NCBI GenBank assembly: GCA_964410585.1
Contig: CAYPFW010000002.1
Location: 177,077 to 241,076, forward strand
DNA: 64,000 bases
Reading direction: 5' to 3'
Source: an uncultured archaeon
GTDB taxonomy: Archaea > Aenigmatarchaeota > Aenigmatarchaeia > QMZP01 > JACQNV01
Shown: one piece after another, positions 10,261 to 18,581 of the stretch
Layout: each line of letters starts with the position of its first letter
Position numbering within the stretch: the stretch's first letter is position 1
Program-made: the position numbers and the translations under genes
Notes under the pieces: generated by a model
Seen by the model: the letters and a program-made list of their open reading frames with translations, nothing else
Database searches by the model: none
Told to the model about the DNA's origin: nothing

Positions 10261-10687
10261 AAATCACTCTTTTCCCTAAAACATTTTTAAATGTGTTTAA
10301 AAATTTTCCTAAACTTTTTGAGCCATAATTGAGACTAATTTCAAAATAATGTTCTTTTTCTGCTTTTATGTAAAGTACAGCTACAATGGCCCCTACATAT
10401 GCATAATATTTTCTCACTTCAGCCTTCTTTATGGATTTGAGTGGAATTTCAACACGATGGGGGAAAAACAATTTTCTGGCAACAAATTTTTTGTCATCTA
10501 TATGGTATACGCTCATCCAGCAAAGTATGAAAACCATCATAAGCGAGAACAGCCAAAGAGCTGTCGCCCTTTCTGGAAACTCAGAATAAAAATAAAGCCC
10601 AGAAACAGTGAAAAACACTATAAGTATACCTAAGAACAAAAAAGAAAACAAGTTTGGGTACATCGTATAGCTAGTGTTCTTTTTCAT
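10238..10687 (-). CDS. Hypothetical membrane protein (two TM helices plus soluble domain)
   Basis: ATG at 10687 overlaps the stop of the upstream microprotein (TGATG); two hydrophobic helices. Confidence 0.7.
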   Translation of the reverse strand: MKKNTSYTMYPNLFSFLFLGILIVFFTVSGLYFYSEFPERATALWLFSLMMVFILCWMSVYHIDDKKFVARKLFFPHRVEIPLKSIKKAEVRKYYAYVGAIVAVLYIKAEKEHYFEISLNYGSKSLGKFLNTFKNVLGKRVIFKQSVEN

Positions 10688-10794
10688 CAAACTTTCTCCA
10701 GCCTTACAGAACCGCATTTTGGGCAGACTTTTTGAGCTGGTTCCATAACCATTGGTTTGCCTTCCCAACCACATGCGCACCTAAATTTAGCCAT
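10687..10794 (-). CDS. 35-aa zinc-finger microprotein (CxCG...CPxCG), not in the ORF track
   Basis: MAKFRCACGWEGKPMVMEPAQKVCPKCGSVRLEKV*; four Cys in two knuckles; translationally coupled to the downstream gene. Confidence 0.75.
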   Translation of the reverse strand: MAKFRCACGWEGKPMVMEPAQKVCPKCGSVRLEKV

Positions 10795-10828
10795 ATACTA
10801 ATTTGATTTCTCAGAATAAATACTTAGA

Positions 10829-11212
10829 TTATTTTTCAACTAGCACAGCATTCACAATACCATCTTGTGTTGGCCTAGAAGTGATTTTAGCAAGACCTTT
10901 CTCTGTTTGTATAACGCTGCCCTTTGTCAAAACATTTCTTCGGACAAAGTGAAGGTTTGCCTTGTTGTCTTTTACTGTGAGAATTTTTGTTTTTTCGATT
11001 TTTCCTGATTTTGGATCAGCTACATTTGCAAATTGAGCTCCAAGAAGCCTTGTTTTAACATTTCCGCCATAGCCTCTTACAGCTTTATTATCATGTTCTT
11101 CTATTAGAGGCTCCAAGAATTGGCTTCCCCTGTCTCTTTTCTTTTTCTTCCTGTTTGCACTAAGCAAACCGCCTGTTGGTTTTCTCTTAGATCTCAAATG
11201 CCAAAACGCCAT
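10829..11212 (-). CDS. rps8e: 30S ribosomal protein S8e
   Basis: RSKRKPTGG, RRNVLTKG, SRPTQDGIVNAVL motifs. Confidence 0.96.
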   Translation of the reverse strand: MAFWHLRSKRKPTGGLLSANRKKKKRDRGSQFLEPLIEEHDNKAVRGYGGNVKTRLLGAQFANVADPKSGKIEKTKILTVKDNKANLHFVRRNVLTKGSVIQTEKGLAKITSRPTQDGIVNAVLVEK

Positions 11213-11237
11213 TTTTATCACCAATTAAATTCGAATT

Positions 11238-11287
11238 GTAGTTTTCTTTGGGTACGGTATACTTTCTTTTTCTAAAAGAAAGGATAG
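11238..11287 (-). repeat. Family A dispersed hairpin repeat
   Basis: Reverse strand reads CTATCCTTTCTTTTAGAAAAAGAAAGTATACCGTACCCAAAGAAAACTAC, starting immediately after the rpl37e stop codon. Confidence 0.85.
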
Positions 11288-11488
11288 CTAATTATCTTTG
11301 ATGCCTGGTTTTCTGTCTCTGTTTATTGTTTTTCTTTTCCAAGCATATGTCATGAGCTTGCTAGCTCTGCCAAAACCGCATGCACTGCAAGCTTTCTTTC
11401 TAATATGATATGAATGCCGCCCACATCTTCGGCAAAATATATGGGTCTTCTTATTCTTTTTACCGAAACTCGGCGTACCTTTAGCCAT
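11288..11488 (-). CDS. rpl37e: 50S ribosomal protein L37e
   Basis: [26 protein letters not shown]...CSACGFG. Confidence 0.97.
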   Translation of the reverse strand: MAKGTPSFGKKNKKTHIFCRRCGRHSYHIRKKACSACGFGRASKLMTYAWKRKTINRDRKPGIKDN

Positions 11489-11532
11489 AACCAATTAATC
11501 CAAATATTCAACAACTAAGATATAAATACGTT

Positions 11533-11745
11533 TTACGCAGGTGAAACAAGAATTATGTTGTCTCCGCGGACAAGTACCTTTCCAAGCTTCAGGGAATCTT
11601 TTTCTCCATTCAATTCAGCGTCCTCGAGTAGGATGTTTATGTGCTGATCGAATGCTTTTAGTGTCCCTGTTATCATTTCGCTTGATTTTAGGCGTATTAA
11701 TATTCTTTTGTCTGTTGAATTTCCCAAAATATCAAAGGGTTTCAT
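11533..11745 (-). CDS. Sm-like archaeal protein (SmAP/Lsm)
   Basis: Sm1 (GTLKAFDQHINILLEDA) and Sm2 (LVRGDNII.VS) motifs; conserved linkage upstream of rpl37e. Confidence 0.93.
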   Translation of the reverse strand: MKPFDILGNSTDKRILIRLKSSEMITGTLKAFDQHINILLEDAELNGEKDSLKLGKVLVRGDNIILVSPA

Positions 11746-11845
11746 TTTACATCACATTACTACGGCAAAACATAAAACCGCAGTCCAATTTTCATATATT
11801 TTAATGGTTTATATGCTTATAAACGTTAAAGCAGCGCTTCGCGTA

Positions 11846-11853
11846 TATATAAA
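11846..11853 (+). promoter_or_regulatory. Putative TATA box for the tRNA gene
   Basis: TATATAAA about 30 nt upstream of the mature tRNA 5' end. Confidence 0.5.
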
Positions 11854-11899
11854 ATTAGAATATCTAATCTATAGATTTTAAGGGCCCATAGCTCAGCCA

Positions 11900-11955
11900 C
11901 TACCCCTTTCTTTTCAAAAAGAAAGGTGTAAGGTATCCCAAAGAAAACGGTATAC
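11900..11955 (+). repeat. Family A repeat inside tRNA D-loop intron
   Basis: CTACCCCTTTCTTTTCAAAAAGAAAGGTGTAAGGTATCCCAAAGAAAACGGTATAC. Confidence 0.9.
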
Positions 11956-12071
11956 ATTTACACTCTGAAAAAGGAAATGGGAGCTGGAATGGTAGAGCGC
12001 TTGCCTCTTAGGAAAAGAAATCGATGGATATCGATTCCAACTGAGACAGCAAGATGTCGAGGGTTCGAATG

Positions 12072-12125
12072 CTAGCCTTTTCTTTAGAAAAGAAAAGTCT
12101 ACCGTATCCAAAAGAACTAATATTC
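12072..12125 (+). repeat. Family A repeat inside tRNA T-loop intron
   Basis: CTAGCCTTTTCTTTAGAAAAGAAAAGTCTACCGTATCCAAAAGAACTAATATTC. Confidence 0.9.
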
Positions 12126-12194
12126 AAATGCGGTTGGGTCGAAACACAAGTCGAAGACTCAAGACTGAATTTCCCTCTGGGCCCGTATTACTTT

Positions 12195-12776
12195 TCAAAA
12201 CTTCTCTAATATAATTCGATAAAATGTATGCCTATGCTTGAATGGTTTTAGATCTGTTCTTTGCATCTTCTTCTTTTGGATTATTTTTGATCTTTTCAAA
12301 AGCATCAAGGCCTTTTCAATGCTTAGTGAGTGAATTTCTTTATTTTTATCAAGACCTGTTATTTTTTCATCCAATGTTATTATTGCCAAACCACCTGTTT
12401 TTAGAAGATTTTCTATTCTAGGCAAGCTTTTTTCTATGTTTGTATAGAAAAGTGTATTTATACAAAGGACAATATCAAATTTGGTTTCTGTAGTTAGATT
12501 TTCTATATTACCAACACCAAACTTTATGTTTGGATAAAGTTTTCTGGCTTCGTCTATAAACCCTTTATTAGAATCTAAACCTTCTGCTATAATCCCATAT
12601 TTAGAAAGTTTGTAAACTTCCCTTCCTTGTGCACACCCTATATCCAGAAGCTTCAATCCCTCTACTTTTTTGAAATGAATTTTGATTAATTTTATAATTT
12701 CTAATACAGGAGACTCTCTTTTCAGCCAATGTGACTGTCCAAATTGGACTTTGTTCTTATAAAGTTTTGATATCAT
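12195..12776 (-). CDS. Class I SAM-dependent methyltransferase
   Basis: LLDIGCAQG motif I, GLD, FDIVLC, LLKTGG. Confidence 0.85.
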   Translation of the reverse strand: MISKLYKNKVQFGQSHWLKRESPVLEIIKLIKIHFKKVEGLKLLDIGCAQGREVYKLSKYGIIAEGLDSNKGFIDEARKLYPNIKFGVGNIENLTTETKFDIVLCINTLFYTNIEKSLPRIENLLKTGGLAIITLDEKITGLDKNKEIHSLSIEKALMLLKRSKIIQKKKMQRTDLKPFKHRHTFYRIILEKF

Positions 12777-12785
12777 ATGAGCACT

Positions 12786-15209
12786 CTATGAAGTTTCATA
12801 CTCAGAATCAGTAATTGGTTTTGAAGATTTATTTTTCCAAAAAGTATACCCAACCAAAGCAGCTATCAGGACAACAACAATAATTATAAGCGGCAGCAAA
12901 ATCGATCCAAAATCAAATCCTTTTTCAGGTGGTTTAGGACAGTCTAAACTTGCCAGAGGTTTGTTTTTTTCTGTGCCGCAATTGTTTTTGTCTGTGCAGG
13001 TCCTTGTTCCACATTGGTTAGTTGGTTCAGACCAATCAGAGCATCCCCAATCCTCTTGGCAAAGTCCTGTGATTTTGTTCTTTTTTATTTGGAGTTCTGC
13101 GCTTTTGGTTTCTTCTCCGTTGATATCCTTTGCTATACACTGCCACTTGTTATCGTTTTCCAAAGTCGCTGAATATTGGGCTGTCCCTTCTTTCTCCTGT
13201 CTGTAAAAACTTTCCTTTTTCACCTCGCCTAAATTTGGCCCAAAAAGTATTTTTATTTCTGACAAACCTTTGTCGTCGGTTGCAGTGCACGTCAATGTTG
13301 TTGTATCTTCACCAACTTCTCCACTTGGTTCAATTTTTGTAATAACAGGAGGGTTATTTGATATTGTTTGTGCGCCTATTTTGAATGTTGAGTTTGATGC
13401 TTTTGTTTTGTTTCCAATAGAACATTTTACTGTGTAAACAAAATCACCTTCTGATCCAAACTTTGCCGTTTTTGTGTAAAGATTTGAGTTTTGGTCAAAA
13501 ATCATTTGGGATTTTTTTGCAGTACCAGAAGGATCTGTATCAAATTCTATTTCACAGTTCGCGTTTGTTATAGGCAAATCATTTTCTGTGTAGAATGCGA
13601 AAAATTTTGCCTCCTGATTTGGGAGCCTCTGCAAGAATTTTGTCTCATCAAAAAGATCTAGGCTGATTTTAGACGTTTTCACTAAAACCGCACCGCCTGA
13701 GCTCAGTCCTTTTATCTCATAATAATTTTTTGAATCAAGTACAATAGAAGAAACTTCTATCCTGTTTTGGTTTATTGTTGCAATTCCTGGAGCTGTTATT
13801 GTCCTTTGGCCTGAACAACCTTCGGATGTATCGTTTACAGAAGTTGCTTCTGGGCAGATTACAATCCCTGAATCAGAGTTTGTGTTTTGCAAATATGCTG
13901 TTGGATTTGTTAAACCAATAATAGAAGATAGGTCTAAATATACAGCACCTTCTCCTGAAACCCCAATTTTTGCAGAAGAAAGATCTATGTTTGTTTCAGA
14001 AAAGCCAAGCGTAGCGCCTGCAACTGGTCCCAATGTAGGATGTTTTATTAAAACAGGAACATTTGAAAATGATTGGAAGCCTTGGTTCAATTTTTTTCCA
14101 GTCAAATCAAAAACCTCAAAACCAACAGGCACTGAAATAAGCGAGTGTGTTGTTGCTTCTGCTCCATCTTGTTTCAAAAATAAGCCTTGAATATTATTCC
14201 CATTTTGGTATGCAACAAAATAAAGTCCTGATTTGTTCAAATATGCGATAGAGGGATTGGTTCCAGTTGCTATATTTTTTTTGGAAAAATGTGTGAGTCC
14301 CCACGAAATATCAAAGGATGCAAATGATATGTTGCCTCCTTCCTGGAAAACAATTCCAAGCTCGCTATCTTTTGTATTGTAGCTAGATTCAGGAAGCCTC
14401 TCGTCTTCTGTGGATGTTGAAATTGGCTTGTCTGGTGTTATTGTAGCACCCTCCTTTATCTTAGTTAAGTATATGTCTTTTCCCAGACCTTGTCTAGAGT
14501 CTTCGTACAAAACATAAATTAGGTCATTTCCCTTTCTTTCCTCTAATTCTGGGAAATTTCTTGCTCCTGTTTCAGTTGATACTAATTGGTCAATTGTGGG
14601 AACAGGTGCACCTGTTTTATCAAACTCTTTGAAATATAGGTTGTTGTCAGTTGAATTATGGTAGACTATTGTGTATTTAGAAAAATCAGGATCATATACA
14701 ATTCCTGGATTTGTTTCATCTTGAGCTGACGCAGTTACCTGAATTTCAGAAAAAATAGGATTTCCTGTTAGACTATATACTTGAAAATAAATATCGTCTT
14801 GACCGCTTCTTTTGTCTTGCCAGACAATTCCTATTTGCTTGTCTGCGGGATTAAAAGCTATTTTTGGGTTTGATTGTTTGCCTGCTGCTGAGATAGGAAA
14901 GTTTATCCCTTGTCCCAGTTTGTCAACAACAAAAACTTTCAAATCCTCCCCGCTTTCTCCAACAATTGCTGCTCTATCATATGATTTTTGGCCATCTATA
15001 TTTGTAAGAGTGGGATCAATTGTTACTGTGTTTCCTGTTTGTCCTGTGTTTTGGTCAATGCATGTGATTGTTAGTGGGCTAGAAGTAAAAACACAAGGTG
15101 AATCCAAATCAACGACAAGAGGATCTGTGCCAGAAGAAACCTGAATAGACGCAGCTTGGATAATTGGAACTAACAAAATCACAAAAGCAAATAAAAATAT
15201 TTTTTTCAT
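12786..15209 (-). CDS. Large membrane-anchored surface protein (propeller-like repeats, Ig-like domains, Cys-rich repeat)
   Basis: Signal peptide MKKIFLFAF; repeated NP.I...IVWQD.R.G..DIY motifs; C.EDW.CSDWS...RTCTDKNNCG; C-terminal TM helix. Confidence 0.8.
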   Translation of the reverse strand: MKKIFLFAFVILLVPIIQAASIQVSSGTDPLVVDLDSPCVFTSSPLTITCIDQNTGQTGNTVTIDPTLTNIDGQKSYDRAAIVGESGEDLKVFVVDKLGQGINFPISAAGKQSNPKIAFNPADKQIGIVWQDKRSGQDDIYFQVYSLTGNPIFSEIQVTASAQDETNPGIVYDPDFSKYTIVYHNSTDNNLYFKEFDKTGAPVPTIDQLVSTETGARNFPELEERKGNDLIYVLYEDSRQGLGKDIYLTKIKEGATITPDKPISTSTEDERLPESSYNTKDSELGIVFQEGGNISFASFDISWGLTHFSKKNIATGTNPSIAYLNKSGLYFVAYQNGNNIQGLFLKQDGAEATTHSLISVPVGFEVFDLTGKKLNQGFQSFSNVPVLIKHPTLGPVAGATLGFSETNIDLSSAKIGVSGEGAVYLDLSSIIGLTNPTAYLQNTNSDSGIVICPEATSVNDTSEGCSGQRTITAPGIATINQNRIEVSSIVLDSKNYYEIKGLSSGGAVLVKTSKISLDLFDETKFLQRLPNQEAKFFAFYTENDLPITNANCEIEFDTDPSGTAKKSQMIFDQNSNLYTKTAKFGSEGDFVYTVKCSIGNKTKASNSTFKIGAQTISNNPPVITKIEPSGEVGEDTTTLTCTATDDKGLSEIKILFGPNLGEVKKESFYRQEKEGTAQYSATLENDNKWQCIAKDINGEETKSAELQIKKNKITGLCQEDWGCSDWSEPTNQCGTRTCTDKNNCGTEKNKPLASLDCPKPPEKGFDFGSILLPLIIIVVVLIAALVGYTFWKNKSSKPITDSEYETS

Positions 15210-15210
15210 C

Positions 15211-15888
15211 CTAAATCCTGTCATCGTCGCTGTCTTCGCTTGTTTCTAAAGGAATTGTTTTGAGGTTTTTTTCAACAACTTTCAGAGGATTGCTTTCCAA
15301 AACAGGTCCATGACCTGGAAGAATTTTATCAACTTTTAATTTCAGAACTTTTTCAATTGATTTCTTTAGTTGGTTTGCATCTCCGCCTGGAAGATCTGTT
15401 CTGCCAAATCCATCTGGGAAAATTGTATCGCCTGTGAAAAGCAGCTTGCCTTTCGGTTCGTATAAGCAAATTGATCCTGGTGTGTGTCCAGGTGTGTGTA
15501 TAACCTCCAATGTCAAATCACCAAAAGGAATTTTGTCCCCGTCCTTCAATTTTTTCTCAACTTTCATTGGTCTCATTTGCTTCCCAAAAAAATCAGCTAC
15601 AGTCGCCTCTTCGTCTCCTTTTTCCAAAACAGATGCATCTGCTTCATGTATCCATATCTTGGCATTTGTCATGTATCCGTTCCCACCTATATGGTCGAAA
15701 TGGTAGTGTGTGTTGATTATTGTTTTTATGCTGTCTAAGCTGGATTTGAAAACCCTGAGAACATCCATTAACCGAGTGAAGTTAAAACCAACGCCAGAAT
15801 CGATTAGAGTATCCTTGTTCAGATAAATGTTTGAATCTGCATCTGACAATTGAATCATTACAATATTGCCAATCTTCTTAACCGCCAT
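15211..15888 (-). CDS. Metallo-beta-lactamase fold hydrolase (glyoxalase II-like)
   Basis: THYHFDHIGG, HTPGHTPGS, FTGD, LPGHG motifs. Confidence 0.92.
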   Translation of the reverse strand: MAVKKIGNIVMIQLSDADSNIYLNKDTLIDSGVGFNFTRLMDVLRVFKSSLDSIKTIINTHYHFDHIGGNGYMTNAKIWIHEADASVLEKGDEEATVADFFGKQMRPMKVEKKLKDGDKIPFGDLTLEVIHTPGHTPGSICLYEPKGKLLFTGDTIFPDGFGRTDLPGGDANQLKKSIEKVLKLKVDKILPGHGPVLESNPLKVVEKNLKTIPLETSEDSDDDRI

Positions 15889-15974
15889 AACTTTTTACCC
15901 AAAAGGTTAATCAAAAACGGAGCCTATTTTTTCCTTCACTGTTGTTCGGAAAAAATTACGGCTTCCACGATTAA
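15886..15974 (-). repeat. Family B structured repeat abutting the MBL hydrolase start codon
   Basis: + strand CATAACTTTTTACCCAAAAGGTTAATCAAAAACGGAGCCTATTTTTTCC...GGAAAAAATTACGGCTTCCACGATTAA. Confidence 0.85.
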
Positions 15975-16060
15975 ACCTCGAGATCACCTTATACTTGTAT
16001 TTTGTCAGAAAGGCATTTAAATACTTCGCTAAAAATCAGAAAGGTTTAAAACCTTGATAG

Positions 16061-16528
16061 TTACTTCGTCTTCTTCCCCAAAACACTTTTCACAATCTTC
16101 TCGCAGTCTTCGTATTTTTGGTCAAATGTGATGTCAAACTTATGTTTATCTAGGGCCAAAACTCCTGTTCTCGGTCCATTGATACCTGTTGATGATTTTT
16201 TAATTTCAACCTTTTCAATATCTGAGTATAAGACTTCAAAATTATTTTTGTCAGCCCCTAAAATTTGGGCTACAGAAAGTTTTTTGGCTACATCTGTTCT
16301 TTTTTCTTGTTTCTCTGTCACCTTTTTTTGGCCAATTTTTTGACCAACAACAGCACCAATTCCACCGCCAATTGCCATTCCAGCAAGTGCACCAAATAGC
16401 GGATCTGATAGCTGTCCGCCAACTTTTGCAAAAACTATTCTGTCCTGAAGAAAAAGTGCTGCATAGTGAACATTTCCACCAAACATTTTCACCTTTGTTA
16501 CCCTAAAAGCTCCTTTTACATCTACCAT
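16061..16528 (-). CDS. Hypothetical protein with glycine-zipper segment
   Basis: 155-aa ORF; GALAGMAIGGGIGAVVG. Confidence 0.65.
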   Translation of the reverse strand: MVDVKGAFRVTKVKMFGGNVHYAALFLQDRIVFAKVGGQLSDPLFGALAGMAIGGGIGAVVGQKIGQKKVTEKQEKRTDVAKKLSVAQILGADKNNFEVLYSDIEKVEIKKSSTGINGPRTGVLALDKHKFDITFDQKYEDCEKIVKSVLGKKTK

Positions 16529-16532
16529 ACTA

Positions 16533-17009
16533 TTAATCTACCAGTGCCCTTATCAAATCTTCCCTTGCAATTATCCCAACAAGTTTTTTGTTTTTTACCA
16601 CAGGTAGCCTGTTCACTCTATGCTTTCTCATTTTTGCAGCAGCATCGTAAATTGTTGCTGTTGGTTCAATTGAAACTATTTTCCTCGTCATGATTTGACC
16701 GATTGTCTCAGCGCCTATTTCTTTCATTTTCCTTTGATGTTTCCTGTAATCAACTGCTGTCTGAAGAAGCGACATCACAAGCCCCTCTGGAGAAGGGTGG
16801 ACAAAATGATTATTATTCTCAAAGTGTATGTCAACTGTTTTAGTTATATCAGATAAAGAGAGCACACCAATAACCATTCCATGATCAATAACAGGAGCGC
16901 CTGAAATCCTGTTTTTCACAAATATTTTTGCAGCGTCAACAATTTTGTCAGACGGTTTGAATGTAATGACTTTCTTTGTCATGTAGTTTTTGACAAGCTT
17001 AGTTTTCAT
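16533..17009 (-). CDS. CBS-domain pair protein
   Basis: Two CBS repeats (ISGAPVID...GVLS; VNRLPVV...VGII.REDL). Confidence 0.92.
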   Translation of the reverse strand: MKTKLVKNYMTKKVITFKPSDKIVDAAKIFVKNRISGAPVIDHGMVIGVLSLSDITKTVDIHFENNNHFVHPSPEGLVMSLLQTAVDYRKHQRKMKEIGAETIGQIMTRKIVSIEPTATIYDAAAKMRKHRVNRLPVVKNKKLVGIIAREDLIRALVD

Positions 17010-17038
17010 ATGATTAATACTACAGAAACAGATCTATA

Positions 17039-18541
17039 TTAAGCCTTCAGTTTCCATCTTGTCTTCCCAGAATCTTCTAAAATAATTCCAATCTTCTCCA
17101 ACTTCATTCTTATTTTGTCTGCTTCTTTGTATTCTGTTAGCTCCCTCATGTTTTTTCTTATTGCAACCATGTGTTCAACCATGTCTTCTGCTGTTTTGTC
17201 TCCGACTTCTGTCACCCTTGCTATTTCTCTGTAGATTGGAATTATTTTTTCTTTTAGATCCTCAACATTGCCTTCTTTTAACAAATTCAAGCCAAATACA
17301 TTGTCAAACCACTTGAAAGCTTTCAAAATTTTTTGCGCATTTCCTGAACCAATTTCGCCGTCGTCTAGTTTTTTGTTCACTTCGCGCATGAATTCAAAAA
17401 CAGCTTTCAGCGCATCTGAAATATTCAAATCATCATCCATTGCCTTCTCAAATTCATCCTGCGATTTTTTTATCAACTCGTCGACATTTGTGCCTTTTCC
17501 GTTTGCTTCTTTCAATCTCTTCACAAAATCTTTCAGCCTTTGTACAATTGTTCCACAAGATTTCAAGTATTCCAAAGAAAAGTCTAAAGGCTGTCTATAG
17601 TGTGCAGACAAAAGCGCATACCTGATTTGCATCGGTTTGTAGCCCTGAGCAAGAAGATCTCGAACAGTGTAGAAATTTCCTTTTGATTTGGACATTTTCT
17701 CGCCGTTAACAAGGAGATGTCTGGCATGTAGCCAATAATTCACAAATTTCTTTCCTGTTGCGCCTTCTGTCTGAGCGATTTCACATTCGTGGTGTGGGAA
17801 AATATTGTCTTCTCCTCCTGTGTGTATGTCGAAAGTTTCTCCTAAATATTTTGTACTCATTGCAGAACATTCAATATGCCAACCTGGATATCCTTCCTTT
17901 CCCCATGGCGATTTCCACTTCATCAAATGTTTGGGATCTTCTATCCAAAGCGCAAAGTCCAGTGGATTTTTTTTGTCTGGGTTTTCTTCAACTCTTCCGC
18001 CTGCACCTGCTTGCAAATTTTCAATTGTGTTTCCAGAAAGTTTTCCATAATCCTTGAATTTTTTTACCTCAAAATAAACATTGCCATTGACAACATATGC
18101 ATATCCTTTTTCAATTAATTTTTTTATTATCTCCTGCATTTCTTTGATGTGTTCTGTTGCTTTTGGTCTGACTTCAGGCTCTTTCAAATTCAAAATTTTT
18201 GAGTCTTCCAAAAAAGCTTTTATATAAAAATCAGCAATCTCCAAAGGTGTTTTGTGCTCCCTCTCTGCTGCTTTTTCCATTTTGTCTTGTCCTTTAGAAT
18301 CAGCAACATCATCCTGTGTCATGTGCCCGACATCTGTGAAATTCATGACTTGTTTTACATCATATGTTTTGTATTCTAAATATCTTCGAAGAATATCTGC
18401 AAAAATATATGATCGGAAATTTCCAATGTGCCCGAAATTATAGACCGTTAATCCGCATGAGTAGATGCGCACAATCTTGCCTCTAAGTGGAACAAATTCC
18501 TCTTTCTTTTTTGTCAATGTATTTGTAAATTTCAATGTCAT
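17039..18541 (-). CDS. cysS: Cysteine--tRNA ligase
   Basis: CGLTVY..HIGN, GYPGWHIECSAMS, FPHHECE, KMSKS. Confidence 0.97.
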   Translation of the reverse strand: MTLKFTNTLTKKKEEFVPLRGKIVRIYSCGLTVYNFGHIGNFRSYIFADILRRYLEYKTYDVKQVMNFTDVGHMTQDDVADSKGQDKMEKAAEREHKTPLEIADFYIKAFLEDSKILNLKEPEVRPKATEHIKEMQEIIKKLIEKGYAYVVNGNVYFEVKKFKDYGKLSGNTIENLQAGAGGRVEENPDKKNPLDFALWIEDPKHLMKWKSPWGKEGYPGWHIECSAMSTKYLGETFDIHTGGEDNIFPHHECEIAQTEGATGKKFVNYWLHARHLLVNGEKMSKSKGNFYTVRDLLAQGYKPMQIRYALLSAHYRQPLDFSLEYLKSCGTIVQRLKDFVKRLKEANGKGTNVDELIKKSQDEFEKAMDDDLNISDALKAVFEFMREVNKKLDDGEIGSGNAQKILKAFKWFDNVFGLNLLKEGNVEDLKEKIIPIYREIARVTEVGDKTAEDMVEHMVAIRKNMRELTEYKEADKIRMKLEKIGIILEDSGKTRWKLKA

Positions 18542-18581
18542 ATCCCCTCATATAAACTTGGAGTTTATAAATGTAAACTTG

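Larger units (their letters stand above)
11882..12185 (+). tRNA. tRNA-Lys(CTT) with three introns (11899-11989, 12011-12047, 12070-12171)
   Basis: Exons 11882-11898, 11990-12010, 12048-12069 and 12172-12185 join into a 74-nt cloverleaf: acceptor GGGCCCA/TGGGCCC, D arm GCTC/GAGC, anticodon arm CTTGC-CTCTTAA-GCAAG, T arm GAGGG-TTCGAAT-CCCTC; BHB-like junctions at each intron. Confidence 0.9.

Noticed and set aside
12001-12050. tRNA as Met/Ile(CAT) or Val(GAC)
   Set aside because: The intron's TGAG would pair perfectly with CTCA, but the gene reads CTT, and only the 37/38 splice gives a 7-nt loop. The G discriminator also fits Lys.
11914-12111. 65-aa minus-strand ORF
   Set aside because: Antisense to the intron-containing tRNA; no protein features.
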